Source of the DNA: Candidatus Contendobacter sp.
GTDB lineage: Bacteria > Pseudomonadota > Gammaproteobacteria > Competibacterales > Competibacteraceae
Assembly (NCBI GenBank): GCA_031732935.1
Contig: JAVMKH010000176.1
Span: 3,913 to 67,912, forward strand
DNA length: 64,000 bases
Reading direction: 5' to 3'
The notes beneath the pieces were generated by a model that did not search any database, was not told the DNA's origin, and worked only from the letters and a program-made list of their open reading frames with translations. The translations under genes were made by a program, and so were the position numbers. Positions 8,736 through 17,477 of the stretch are shown piece after piece (position 1 is the stretch's first letter; each line of letters starts with the position of its first letter).

Positions 8736-11266
8736 TCGACTCGCCGGAATCCGGCTGGCGCTCGCCGGCGAGTCCAGCTTCCAACGCGCCGAACGGTTTG
8801 CGGTGGGACATTTCCCGCCTCCTCAAATACGCCCCCGCCGAACTGATCGGCCGCGAAGCCGAAACCCGGCTCCTCGATGACGCCTGGGCCAAGGCGCAAA
8901 GCGACGAGTTGAACCGCCCCCGCGTCCTCACCTTCGTCGCGTTGGGCGGCGAAGGGAAAACCTCGCTGGTCGCCCACTGGGCCTCCGCGCTCGCCGCCCG
9001 AGACTGGCCCGGCTGCGACGCCGCGTTTGCGTGGAGCTTTTACAGCCAGGGCACGCGCGAGCAATCGGCCGCCTCTTCCGACGTGTTCCTTAAGGAAGCC
9101 CTGACCTTCTTCGGTAACGACGCGGACAAGGAATTTGCGGCCAGCAGCGCCGGCGCGTTCGAGAAAGGCCAGCGCCTCGCCCGTGTCGTCAGCGAGCGGA
9201 AGAACCTGCTCGTTCTCGACGGCCTCGAACCGCTGCAATACGCGCCCACTTCGCCCACGCCGGGCGAACTCAAGGATCAAGGCGTCGCCGCGCTGCTCAA
9301 GGGCTTGGCGCAACACAACCGGGGCCTGTGCCTCGTCACCACCCGCTGCACGCTGCCCGACCTCAAAGCCTTTCGGCAGACCACCGCGCCGGAAGTGGCG
9401 CTGCATCGCCTATCTCGCGCCGCTGGCGTGGATCTGCTCAAAAAGCTTGGCGTGCGCGGCACGGCGCGGGAATTCGAAAGGCTGGTCGAAGACGTGAAAG
9501 GCCACGCGCTCACCCTAACCCTGCTCGGCGGGTTCCTGCATCGCGCTTTTGGCGGTGACATCCGCCAGCGCGACCGCGTGCGGTTCGAGAAAGCCGACGC
9601 CAAGATCGACGGTGGCCACGCCTTGCGGACGATGGCGGCTTACGAGCAATGGCTGTTGCGCGACGGCGGCGAGGAAGGCCGGCGCGAAGTGGCCGTGCTG
9701 CGGCTCCTGGGTCTGTTCGACCGGTCCGCCGACGCTGCTTGCTTGGCGGCGCTGCGGCGCGAACCCATCGCCGGTCTGACCGAACCGCTGGACGGACTGG
9801 CCGAGGACGATTGGGCCTTCTGCCTGAGCGGCCTCGAAGCCGCCCGCCTGCTCGCGGTGAATCGCGACGCGACCGGTGCGCTGGTATCGCTCGACGCGCA
9901 TCCGCACCTGCGGGCCTATTTCGCCCAGCAACTGCGCGAGACGAACGCCGCCGCTTGGCGCGCGGCCCACCGGCGGCTGTACGAACACCTGTGCGCGAGC
10001 ACGCCGAACCAAGACGCGCCCACCCTCGAAGACCTCCAACCGCTCTATCAGGCCGTGGCCCACGGCTGTCTGGCGGGAATGCAGCAGGCGGCGTGCGACG
10101 ACGTTTACCACGCCCGCATCCTGCGGCGCGAGGAAAAATACAGCACCAAAAAACTCGGTGCGTTCGGTTCGGATTTGGGCGCCGCCGCCTGTTTTTTCGA
10201 ACAACCTTGGCGGCGCGTTTCGCCCGCGCTCTCGGAAGTGGATCAAGCGTGGCTGCTGGCCGTCGCCGCCTTCAACTTGCGCGCCTTGGGCCGGCTGACC
10301 GAAGCCCTTGAACCGATGCGGGCTGGGCTGGAAATGGGCGTCAAGCAAGCGAATTGGAAAGAAGCCGCCATCCGCGCCAGCAACCTGAGCGAGCTGGAAT
10401 TGACGCTGGGCGACGCAGCCGCTGCGGTGGCGGACGCCGCACAGTCCGTGACCCATGCCGACCGCAGCGGCGATGCGTTTCAGCAGATGAGCAAGCGCGC
10501 GACCCACGCCGACGCCTTGCATCAGGCGGGTCGCCGGGTCGAGGCGGAGGCGCTGTTCCGCGAGGCCGAGCGGATGCAGGCCGAACAGCAGCCCGATTAC
10601 CCGCTGCTCTACTCGCTGCAAGGTTTCCGGTATGGCGACCTGCTGCTCGCCGACGCCGAACGCGCCGCGTGGCGAACCGTTCTCCCCACGCCCGCTGGGA
10701 GCGGGGTCTGGAGCGAGGGTCTTGCCGAAGCCTGCCGTGTCGTCTCCGAGCGGGCGGCGCAAACACTTAAGTGGGCTGAGGGATTCGCTGGCGCTCCGCT
10801 CCTCGACTTCGCTCTTAACCACCTCAGCTTGGGCCGCGCCGCGCTGTACGAGGCGATCCTGACCGCCGCCGACGTCCGCCGCGCCTGGTCCGAGGTGGAA
10901 CAGGCCGTGGCCGGCCTCCGCCGCGCGGGCACACAGGACTATCTTCCCCTTGGCCTCCTCACCCGCGCCTGGCTGTGGCATCTCCTCGGCGCGTGCACCG
11001 GTTCCGACAGCGCTCAAGCCGATCTCGACGAAGCCTGGGCCATCGCCGAACGCGGCCCGATGCGCTTGCACATGGCCGACATCCACCTGCATCGCGCCCG
11101 GCTGTTCCACGCCGCAACGCCGTATCCGTGGACCAGCCCGCGGGCCGATCTCGCCGCCGCTCGCAAGCTGATCGAACAATGCGGTTATGGGCGGCGCAAG
11201 GAAGAATTGGAAGACGCCGAGGCCGCCATACCATTCGGATCCCCTGGTGATTTCGCCCTGTATTGA
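8736..11266 (+). CDS. STAND-class P-loop NTPase with winged-helix and TPR-like C-terminus (NLR/Avs-like). No good start of its own; continues the SEFIR ORF in the -1 frame
   Basis: LIGREAE, Walker A FVALGGEGKTSLV, Walker B LLVLDGLE, LVTTR, GHALTLTLLG, DAHPHLR and helical repeats such as NLSELELTLGD and ATHADALHQAGR. The first ~125 codons of track ORF 8354..11266 are an alternate-frame shadow of SEFIR. Confidence 0.8.
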
Positions 11267-11520
11267 TGGGTTTCGCTGCGCTCTACCCATCCTACAACCC
11301 ATTATTTTTCGTAGGATGGGTAGAGCGCAGCGAAACCCATCACCGCGCGTGGCGAGAGGTTGTAGGTTGTAGGATGGGTAGAGCGGAGCGAAACCCATCA
11401 CCGCGCGTAGCGGGAGGTTGTAGGATGGGTAGAGCGGAGCGAAACCCATCACCGCGCGGGGCAAGAGGTTGTAGGATGGGTAGAGCAAAGCGAAACCCAT
11501 CACCGCGCGGGGCGAGAGAG
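11265..11520. repeat. GTAG-family REP array: one inverted pair (REPIN-like) followed by three tandem copies
   Basis: 31-nt GTAGGATGGGTAGAGCGSAGCGAAACCCATC-type unit, inverted at 11265-11295 and forward at 11311, 11369, 11420 and 11471; period 51 nt (58 nt for the first interval). Each copy is itself a GATGGGT..ACCCATC hairpin. Confidence 0.9.
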
Positions 11521-11570
11521 GTCTGGGCGGCTACACGGTATATTCGAATAATGATCTGTTTTAAAAATAT

Positions 11571-12188
11571 TTAAATTTCATATGGGCTCTGCGTGAACCC
11601 GGCCAGGTAATGATCCAGCAGCGAACGGGTTACGTCCTGGATGGGTCGCCCCCCCGCCATTTCCAGCTTCTGATCGAAACCCAGGATGCAGATGCCGTGA
11701 ACCCCACTCCACAGGGCGCGGGCGGCCAGGGCGATATCCTGGGGGGACCGTCGGGGACAGAGCCGCGCCAGTTGTTGCTGCGCCAACGCGAACATGCCCG
11801 CCACCTTGTCGGTGAGGGACTCGGGCACGGGTTGACCCTCCGGCATCCGATGCTGGTAAATGGCCAGCCAGCGGTGAGTTTCGGTCAGGGCGAAGGTGAT
11901 ATAAGTCTGCGCCAGCGCTTGAATGGCAGCGGCCGGCGGCTGATCGGCGATGGCGGCGAGCAAGCGGGCTTGCAGGCTTTCCAGCGTTCGTTCGTTCATC
12001 TGGACGATCAAATCATCCAGATTGCGAAACACCATATACAGACTGCCGACCGTGTAGCCGATGCGGCCCACCACCTTGCGGGTGCTCAGGCCGGCCAGGC
12101 CGTGCTCGGCGACCAGATGCTCGGCGGCTTGCAGCGCGATTTCTCGCAGTTCCTCGCGCGTATGTTCGTTGCGTCTACCCATGGCCAT
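11571..12188 (-). CDS. TetR/AcrR-family regulator with WHG-type C-terminal domain
   Basis: HTH LSTRKVVGRIGYTVGSLYMVFRNLDDL; C-terminal ALWSGVHG. Confidence 0.9.
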   Translation of the reverse strand: MAMGRRNEHTREELREIALQAAEHLVAEHGLAGLSTRKVVGRIGYTVGSLYMVFRNLDDLIVQMNERTLESLQARLLAAIADQPPAAAIQALAQTYITFALTETHRWLAIYQHRMPEGQPVPESLTDKVAGMFALAQQQLARLCPRRSPQDIALAARALWSGVHGICILGFDQKLEMAGGRPIQDVTRSLLDHYLAGFTQSPYEI

Positions 12189-12209
12189 GCTCCGGCTGTG
12201 ACGGGCCGC

Positions 12210-14204
12210 CTAACCACGACGGCGCCGCCAGAGGGCGTCCAGGCCCGGCGGAAACACCCGCAAATCGGCCTGGGCTTGCGCTTCCCGCATCGCCTGGTGC
12301 ATCAGGGCGATATTGAGCTGGGCGCGCTGTTTGAGAAGTTCCGCCTTGAGTTTAGTCAGTTCGTTGGGTCCCGCCAGCAATTCCCGTTCGATCCGCGTCC
12401 GCTCTTGGGCGTATTGCCGATGCAGGCGGGCGAGGGCGGCGGGGTCCGCGCCTTGACGTGGATCGTAGCGGAACCGCTGCTCCAGCGCCTGACGCCAGCC
12501 CAGCAGCGCCGCCGCTCGCTGGTGGCCCAGCCGGTGGCCGAAGCCGGGTACGGTTTTCAACGCCTCGGCGGTGATGTCGGCGGCGGTTTCGATGCCGTAG
12601 GAGGCCAACGCCATCTGGTCGGTGATGAGAATGCCGGGAATCTGGGCGGCGTCGATGAAGTGGCTTTCCAGAAACGCCCGCAACTGAATCTGGCGCTGAT
12701 CGGTTTCGATCCGCCGCGCGTCCCGCTGCGACTCGGCCGCCAGCGCGCGATACCGGTCGCGCAAAGCGGTCAGGGCTTGCAAGCGGGCCGCGAACGCGTG
12801 CCCGGTCGCCTGTTGGCTCCAGGCGGCGCGCAGTTCCACCCACTCCTGACGCGCGGCGAACAGCGCCAGCCGGCGCCGTTGCATCTCGCGGCGGACCGCG
12901 TCGTCCCGCAGCAGCGACCAGGCCACGGCCGCCAGCGGCAGCCACAGCCAGACCAACCGCCCACGGAAGAGCATCGCCGCCAATGCCACGCCGCCGATGG
13001 CCACCGCCTTGAGCGCGTTGGCGCGCTGGATCCGACGCAAGCCGTCCGGGAGCGGGGTGGGGGTAATCCCGGCGCCAGGCGCGGGCGTCGGCATCGCTTC
13101 GTCGGGGGGCGGCGCGATGGCCTGGATTGGGTTCCAGACGGATTCCAGATCGAAGGAGCCGGGACCGATACCCGGATCGTCCGCCGAAAAGCGTTCCAGG
13201 AGCACGAAGAACACGGTGCCGCTGGCCTGCTCCAGCGCGCACCAGGGGCACTCCGGCAAGGCGCGCGGGTATTTGTGCGCGCCGTTGCGGGCGCAGCCGC
13301 GCAGTTCGGCGCCGAATTGATCCAGTGCCCGCCGCCAGTCGCGGGCGCTGGGACGGCCCTGGGCGAGTTTGGGCGGGGCGAAGGCCCGCTCGAACAGGTC
13401 GATGATCGTGGCGGACAGGACGGCGAACGGCAACGTGTGCGGTGGGGGTTCCATCTGCCGAGTGAGGGCGTGGCGGCCGAAGGCGAAGCGGCATTCCCGA
13501 ATGGCGCGTTCGATGGGCATGTCACCCTTGCCCTGGTAACGGCCGGCGAAGGGGTGACGGCCCATGAACAGCAAATGGAAGCACAACAAAGCCAGGCCGA
13601 AGGCGTCGTGGTCCGGGGTGCGCCGCAACCCGTGAAACGACTGACCCTGCAATTCCGGCGCGGTGAACTGCGGCACGCCGACATCACAGGGAAACAGCCG
13701 GCCGCCGGCGCTGATCTGGAACGAGTCGCAGTCGATCAGCTTGACCAGCGCCTGGGACGAAACCACCACATTGCCGGGATTGACGTCGCCGATGACGTGG
13801 CCCCGGGCGTGAATCGCCTCGAAGGCGCTGGCCAGGTTGCGAGCGGCATGGACCAGGAACGACCAGTCGGCCTGGGGAAACGCTTGCTTGCGGTGCGCGG
13901 GGCCGTAGAGGCTGTGAATTTCCCGATAGCCGTTGACCCGAGGCATGACGAAACCTTGCGTCGGGCCGCCGGGCTGGAGCCGCAACACGTCCACCGGCCA
14001 GGCGGCGATCTCCAGCAGGCTGGGATGGGCCTGCCGGGCCATGCTGTCCAGCTTGAGCGCCTTGTCGGCGCCGAGGGGCTGGTGATAGACCTTGGCGACG
14101 AAGCCGGGCCGACCGGCGATTTCGTGGACCGTCCCCTCGCCGCCGCGCCCCAGGGTCGAACCCAGTTCGAGCGGATGATCCGCGCCGTTATACAGCTTCG
14201 TCAC
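12210..14204 (-). CDS. yegI: YegI-like membrane Ser/Thr kinase (TerY-P triad) with C-terminal helix-hairpin-helix region
   Basis: GRGGEG, VAKVYH, VIGDVNPGN, LIDCDSFQ, FTAPELQG; central TM pair; IPGI..VPGFG HhH-like motifs. GTG 14204 is preferred (ATG 14255 is an alternative). Confidence 0.85.
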   Translation of the reverse strand: MTKLYNGADHPLELGSTLGRGGEGTVHEIAGRPGFVAKVYHQPLGADKALKLDSMARQAHPSLLEIAAWPVDVLRLQPGGPTQGFVMPRVNGYREIHSLYGPAHRKQAFPQADWSFLVHAARNLASAFEAIHARGHVIGDVNPGNVVVSSQALVKLIDCDSFQISAGGRLFPCDVGVPQFTAPELQGQSFHGLRRTPDHDAFGLALLCFHLLFMGRHPFAGRYQGKGDMPIERAIRECRFAFGRHALTRQMEPPPHTLPFAVLSATIIDLFERAFAPPKLAQGRPSARDWRRALDQFGAELRGCARNGAHKYPRALPECPWCALEQASGTVFFVLLERFSADDPGIGPGSFDLESVWNPIQAIAPPPDEAMPTPAPGAGITPTPLPDGLRRIQRANALKAVAIGGVALAAMLFRGRLVWLWLPLAAVAWSLLRDDAVRREMQRRRLALFAARQEWVELRAAWSQQATGHAFAARLQALTALRDRYRALAAESQRDARRIETDQRQIQLRAFLESHFIDAAQIPGILITDQMALASYGIETAADITAEALKTVPGFGHRLGHQRAAALLGWRQALEQRFRYDPRQGADPAALARLHRQYAQERTRIERELLAGPNELTKLKAELLKQRAQLNIALMHQAMREAQAQADLRVFPPGLDALWRRRRG

Positions 14205-15102
14205 CGCGTGCTTCCTGGGCGGCGAGCGGTGGAGGGTCGGGACGGGTTGGAGCATCGGCCGGGGCGGAATCGGTGGTCTCGCTCGATTCGGCGGGTGAAG
14301 CGGCGACGCTCTCGATGGGCGCGACGGGTTGCCGGGTGGCCAGGATCAGGGTCTTGTCGTCGTGGGTGCGCTGGTTGAGAGCGGGCGTGTCCAGAAACCG
14401 CGCCAGCGCGGTTTGCAGATCGGGCGGACAGCCCGGTTCGGGGACGGCGCGCAGGCGTTGGAACAGGGGCCGGAAGAAGGGTGCGTGGGCTTGCCGGGTT
14501 TGGTAATGCAGCGCCAGCGCCTGCAAGCCGTCGGTCAACAGGGCGATTTCGACGACCGGTTCGGCCAGGGTGGCGAATTCCAGCCGGGCGGCGGCGCCGG
14601 TATCGGTGACGAAGTAGGTTTCGTTGGCGTATTCGCCGGCCTGCGGCCAGAACACCGGTCGGTAATCGTCCCCGGCGCCGATCACGATGGCGCCGTCGCC
14701 GATTTGCAGGAACAACGCCCAGTCCTCGGCCAGCACCGCGCCGAGCAGGGTGCAGGCGAATTCCCGCACCGGCAGCCCGATCTCGATGGCGCGCTGGTTC
14801 AGGGCGGCTTGCACGCGCTCGGTCAGCGTTTCGGCGATAGTCCGGGTCCAGTCGGCGCCGGGCGCTCGCGCCAGTTGGGCCGCGCATTCGGCCAGCAGGG
14901 TTCGGCAGGCCAGTTCCGCGCCGGCGCGGGCTTCGGCGGCGCTGCCGGCTCCGTCGGCGGCGGCCAGCGCCAAGGTCGGCGGCGTGTCGGGAGCGTCCAG
15001 CCACTGGACCGCGCAGGCATCCTGGCAGTCGGCGCCGCTGGCGCGATGGGCCACGCCGGGGATGCTGGCGTATACATAGCGCCAGCCGCCGGCTTCCTTC
15101 AT
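14188..15102 (-). CDS. yegK: YegK-like PP2C phosphatase (TerY-P triad)
   Basis: [47 protein letters not shown]; ATGA overlap with the vWA gene. Confidence 0.85.
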   Translation of the reverse strand: MKEAGGWRYVYASIPGVAHRASGADCQDACAVQWLDAPDTPPTLALAAADGAGSAAEARAGAELACRTLLAECAAQLARAPGADWTRTIAETLTERVQAALNQRAIEIGLPVREFACTLLGAVLAEDWALFLQIGDGAIVIGAGDDYRPVFWPQAGEYANETYFVTDTGAAARLEFATLAEPVVEIALLTDGLQALALHYQTRQAHAPFFRPLFQRLRAVPEPGCPPDLQTALARFLDTPALNQRTHDDKTLILATRQPVAPIESVAASPAESSETTDSAPADAPTRPDPPPLAAQEARGDEAV

Positions 15103-15794
15103 ATCGAGGCCCAGCCGTCGGGCGTGGCCGGATTGCTCAGCGGTACTTCCGTGCCGGGCACCGAACGCGACACCGAGCGCATCGAGTTCGACAGCCACTG
15201 GAACAACTCGCGAAAACGCAGTCCCTTCAGCCGCAGCGGTTGGCGCAGGGCGATGCGCTGCAAAATGTCCAGATTGGCGCCCTCGACGCCGACCGCGAAG
15301 AAGGCGAAGGCGCGACCTTCCTCGCCCTTGCGGATTTCGAGCGCGGCGGCCTGCCAGTCGTCGGTGGGGCTGCCGTCGGTGATCAGGAACACCCAGGGCC
15401 GGAAGAAGGGGATGCCGTGCTCCCGGTACAACGCCTTGCGCTGGGCGAGCAGTTCCAGGCCGCGAGCGATGGCCTGACCCATCGGCGTATCCTTGCGCGC
15501 GCTCAGGTGGGGCGGAGTGAAATGCTCGGCGGTCTGAAACTCGGTGACCACCTCGACCGGGCCAAAGCTGACGATGGCGATCTCGACCCGCTTGGCGGCG
15601 AGACTGTCGGCCATCAATTCCTCCTTGAACGTGGCCAGTCCCTCGTTCAGTTCGGTGATCGGCGGGCCGTTCATGGACCAGGAATTGTCCAGCAGTAGCA
15701 CGCAGGGGCAGCGCGGCTCCGGGTTGTCGGCGAATTCGGCGCCGCTGAAATCCACGCCGAACGGGGTTTGTTGGGGAAGGTCGAGTTCGTTCAT
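15099..15794 (-). CDS. yegL: TerY/YegL vWA-domain protein
   Basis: [18 protein letters not shown] (MIDAS DxSxS), [29 protein letters not shown]. Confidence 0.9.
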   Translation of the reverse strand: MNELDLPQQTPFGVDFSGAEFADNPEPRCPCVLLLDNSWSMNGPPITELNEGLATFKEELMADSLAAKRVEIAIVSFGPVEVVTEFQTAEHFTPPHLSARKDTPMGQAIARGLELLAQRKALYREHGIPFFRPWVFLITDGSPTDDWQAAALEIRKGEEGRAFAFFAVGVEGANLDILQRIALRQPLRLKGLRFRELFQWLSNSMRSVSRSVPGTEVPLSNPATPDGWASI

Positions 15795-15852
15795 TCCAAG
15801 AATCCTCTGGGGCGGCGCGAATGCGAGGGGGCTGACTATTGCCGGTAGGCGG

Positions 15853-16248
15853 TCATGTCCGCAATACCCGGATTTCGGGAGTAAGACCCTGTTCCCGCGC
15901 GGCCGTGCAGAAGTTTTGATCGAAGGTGTGCAGGATAGCTCTGCCACAGGCCGCGAGATGCAGGGCGTCGGCGAAATCGGCGCCCAGGCGGTACCAGTCC
16001 AGCGCCTGAGCCACGGCGTCGTGGTTCTCGATCACGGTGTTGTCGGTTTCCAGCAACTCCGCGAAAAACCGGCTGATTCGCTCCCGTGTCTCGCGGTAGC
16101 TGGCTCGCAACACCCATTCCGATTCCAGTAGAACAGTGCGCGAGATGAATACCGTGTTGGTGGCTAACAGCGCCTCCGCCACATCGGCTTGCGCGGGAGT
16201 GTCGTCCACGAGCAAACGCACCAACAGGTTGGTGTCGAATGCGATCAT
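15853..16248 (-). CDS. vapC: VapC-family PIN-domain toxin
   Basis: [31 protein letters not shown]; ATGA overlap with the antitoxin. Confidence 0.9.
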   Translation of the reverse strand: MIAFDTNLLVRLLVDDTPAQADVAEALLATNTVFISRTVLLESEWVLRASYRETRERISRFFAELLETDNTVIENHDAVAQALDWYRLGADFADALHLAACGRAILHTFDQNFCTAAREQGLTPEIRVLRT

Positions 16249-16520
16249 CGACTGCGCTTCTCGGACTCTTCCCAGTCGGCGCGGTAATCCACTGGCTTGC
16301 ATAATTCTTCGATGGGAATGGGTGGCCCATCATGCTTTAGCATCCCGCGCAAGTCCTCAAGACGTTTACCGGTCTTTTTGGGCTTGGTCTTCAGCATGAT
16401 GCCGTTGCCGGCGGGGGTTACGGTCAGTTCGGTGCCGGCTTCCCAGTGCAGCGCATCACGGATGTCCTTGGGAATGACGACCTGACCTTTGGTGGATAGA
16501 GTGACGGTGGCGGTGGGCAT
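16245..16520 (-). CDS. AbrB/MazE/SpoVT-family antitoxin
   Basis: TLSTKGQVVIPKDIRDALHWEAG; GGAGG RBS before ATG 16520. Confidence 0.9.
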   Translation of the reverse strand: MPTATVTLSTKGQVVIPKDIRDALHWEAGTELTVTPAGNGIMLKTKPKKTGKRLEDLRGMLKHDGPPIPIEELCKPVDYRADWEESEKRSR

Positions 16521-16530
16521 GGCGACCTCC

Positions 16531-16560
16531 GGTAAGAAAAAAGGTAAGAAGATTAGTATG
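16531..16560 (-). promoter_or_regulatory. Putative TA promoter -10 element and operator repeats
   Basis: On the minus strand, CATACT (16555-16560) is followed by two TTCTTACC direct repeats (plus-strand GGTAAGAA at 16531 and 16543) just before the RBS. Confidence 0.45.
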
Positions 16561-16736
16561 GTTCGGTGGCGATTAGGGCACAAGCCCGATCTGACCCCTA
16601 TTCCGCATCCCCGCCGCCAGCGCATTGATCGAATGCAAGAACCGTCGCGGCCACGTTTCCACCGTCGACGAATTCGCGCCCTGGTCGCGCAATGCCTGTC
16701 GGACGTCAGCGCGGTTTCCCACGCGGGGCAATCGCG

Positions 16737-17376
16737 CTATGTGATAGCCGGGGTTGGGGTGCCGAAGAGCAGGCGCAACCGGTAATCATCGTTGAGGGCG
16801 GCCCGGAGTTTGCGGCGGCGGACGCTGCCGCGCACCGGGCCATTGTGACGCGGCACATTGAGGGCCATACGGCGGATCACGGCCAGGTTTTCGGCGGAGT
16901 GGTCCTTCCGGGTTCGGCAGGTATCCTCGCCGAATCGCACGTCCAAGATCCAGTGCTGTTGATTTTCGATCCCCCAATGGCGGCGGACGGTGGTTGCAAA
17001 CCGGTCGCGTTCCAGGAAGAAGCCACAGTCGGACGTCTTCGCACAAGGTCGGAGGGTGGTCCTTGAGGGTCAGGACGTAGTCACCTCCCGCGTCCATGAT
17101 CGCTTGGGCGATGGCTTTCTGGCAGCTCATGGCGTCGATCGACACCATCGCCCCCCGCAAGTCCAGCAGCGCCAGCAGGTCCGGGATCGCGGCGATCGCG
17201 TTGGACTTCTCCGCCACCACCACCCAGTGGACCGCCGGGTTCGCCCCGTCCCGACTCCCCCGCACCGCTTTGCCGTCCACACCGATTTGCTCGTCGGTCA
17301 ACCCCAGCAAGGCCGCCGTCGCCCAGGCGGTGAAGGCCGCCTTGGAAGGCGGTCGGATCGATCCGCCCCAGCACAT
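16737..17376 (-). pseudogene. ISAs1-family (H-repeat) transposase remnant
   Basis: Fragments IGVDGKAVRGS, EKSNAIAAIP.LL, VSIDAM.CQKAIA, GDYVLTLK in one frame and WGIENQQHWILDVRFGED..R.RK...ENLAVIRRMALN in another; internal deletions and a frameshift. Confidence 0.85.
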
Positions 17377-17477
17377 CGATGGCCGATATAATGCACAGTT
17401 TTCCGAGCGGAATGGACCAGGAAATCGTGATGAAGTTGACGCGGATTGATCGGCGCGGAGTGTCCGAGTATCGAATC

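Noticed and set aside
11265-11520. Regularly spaced ~31-nt repeats resembling a CRISPR array
   Set aside because: The intervening ~20-nt segments are near-identical rather than unique spacers, the first repeat is inverted, the unit starts with GTAG, and no cas genes are present. This is a REP array.
11263-11574. ORFs 11263..11574 (+) and the start of 9515..11503 (-)
   Set aside because: Their translations are simply the REP repeats (MGRAERNPS.. / MGFAPLYPSY..); the rest of the minus-strand ORF is antisense to the STAND gene.
11610-14378. 922-aa plus-strand ORF
   Set aside because: Antisense shadow of tetR/yegI caused by high GC; no recognisable motifs.
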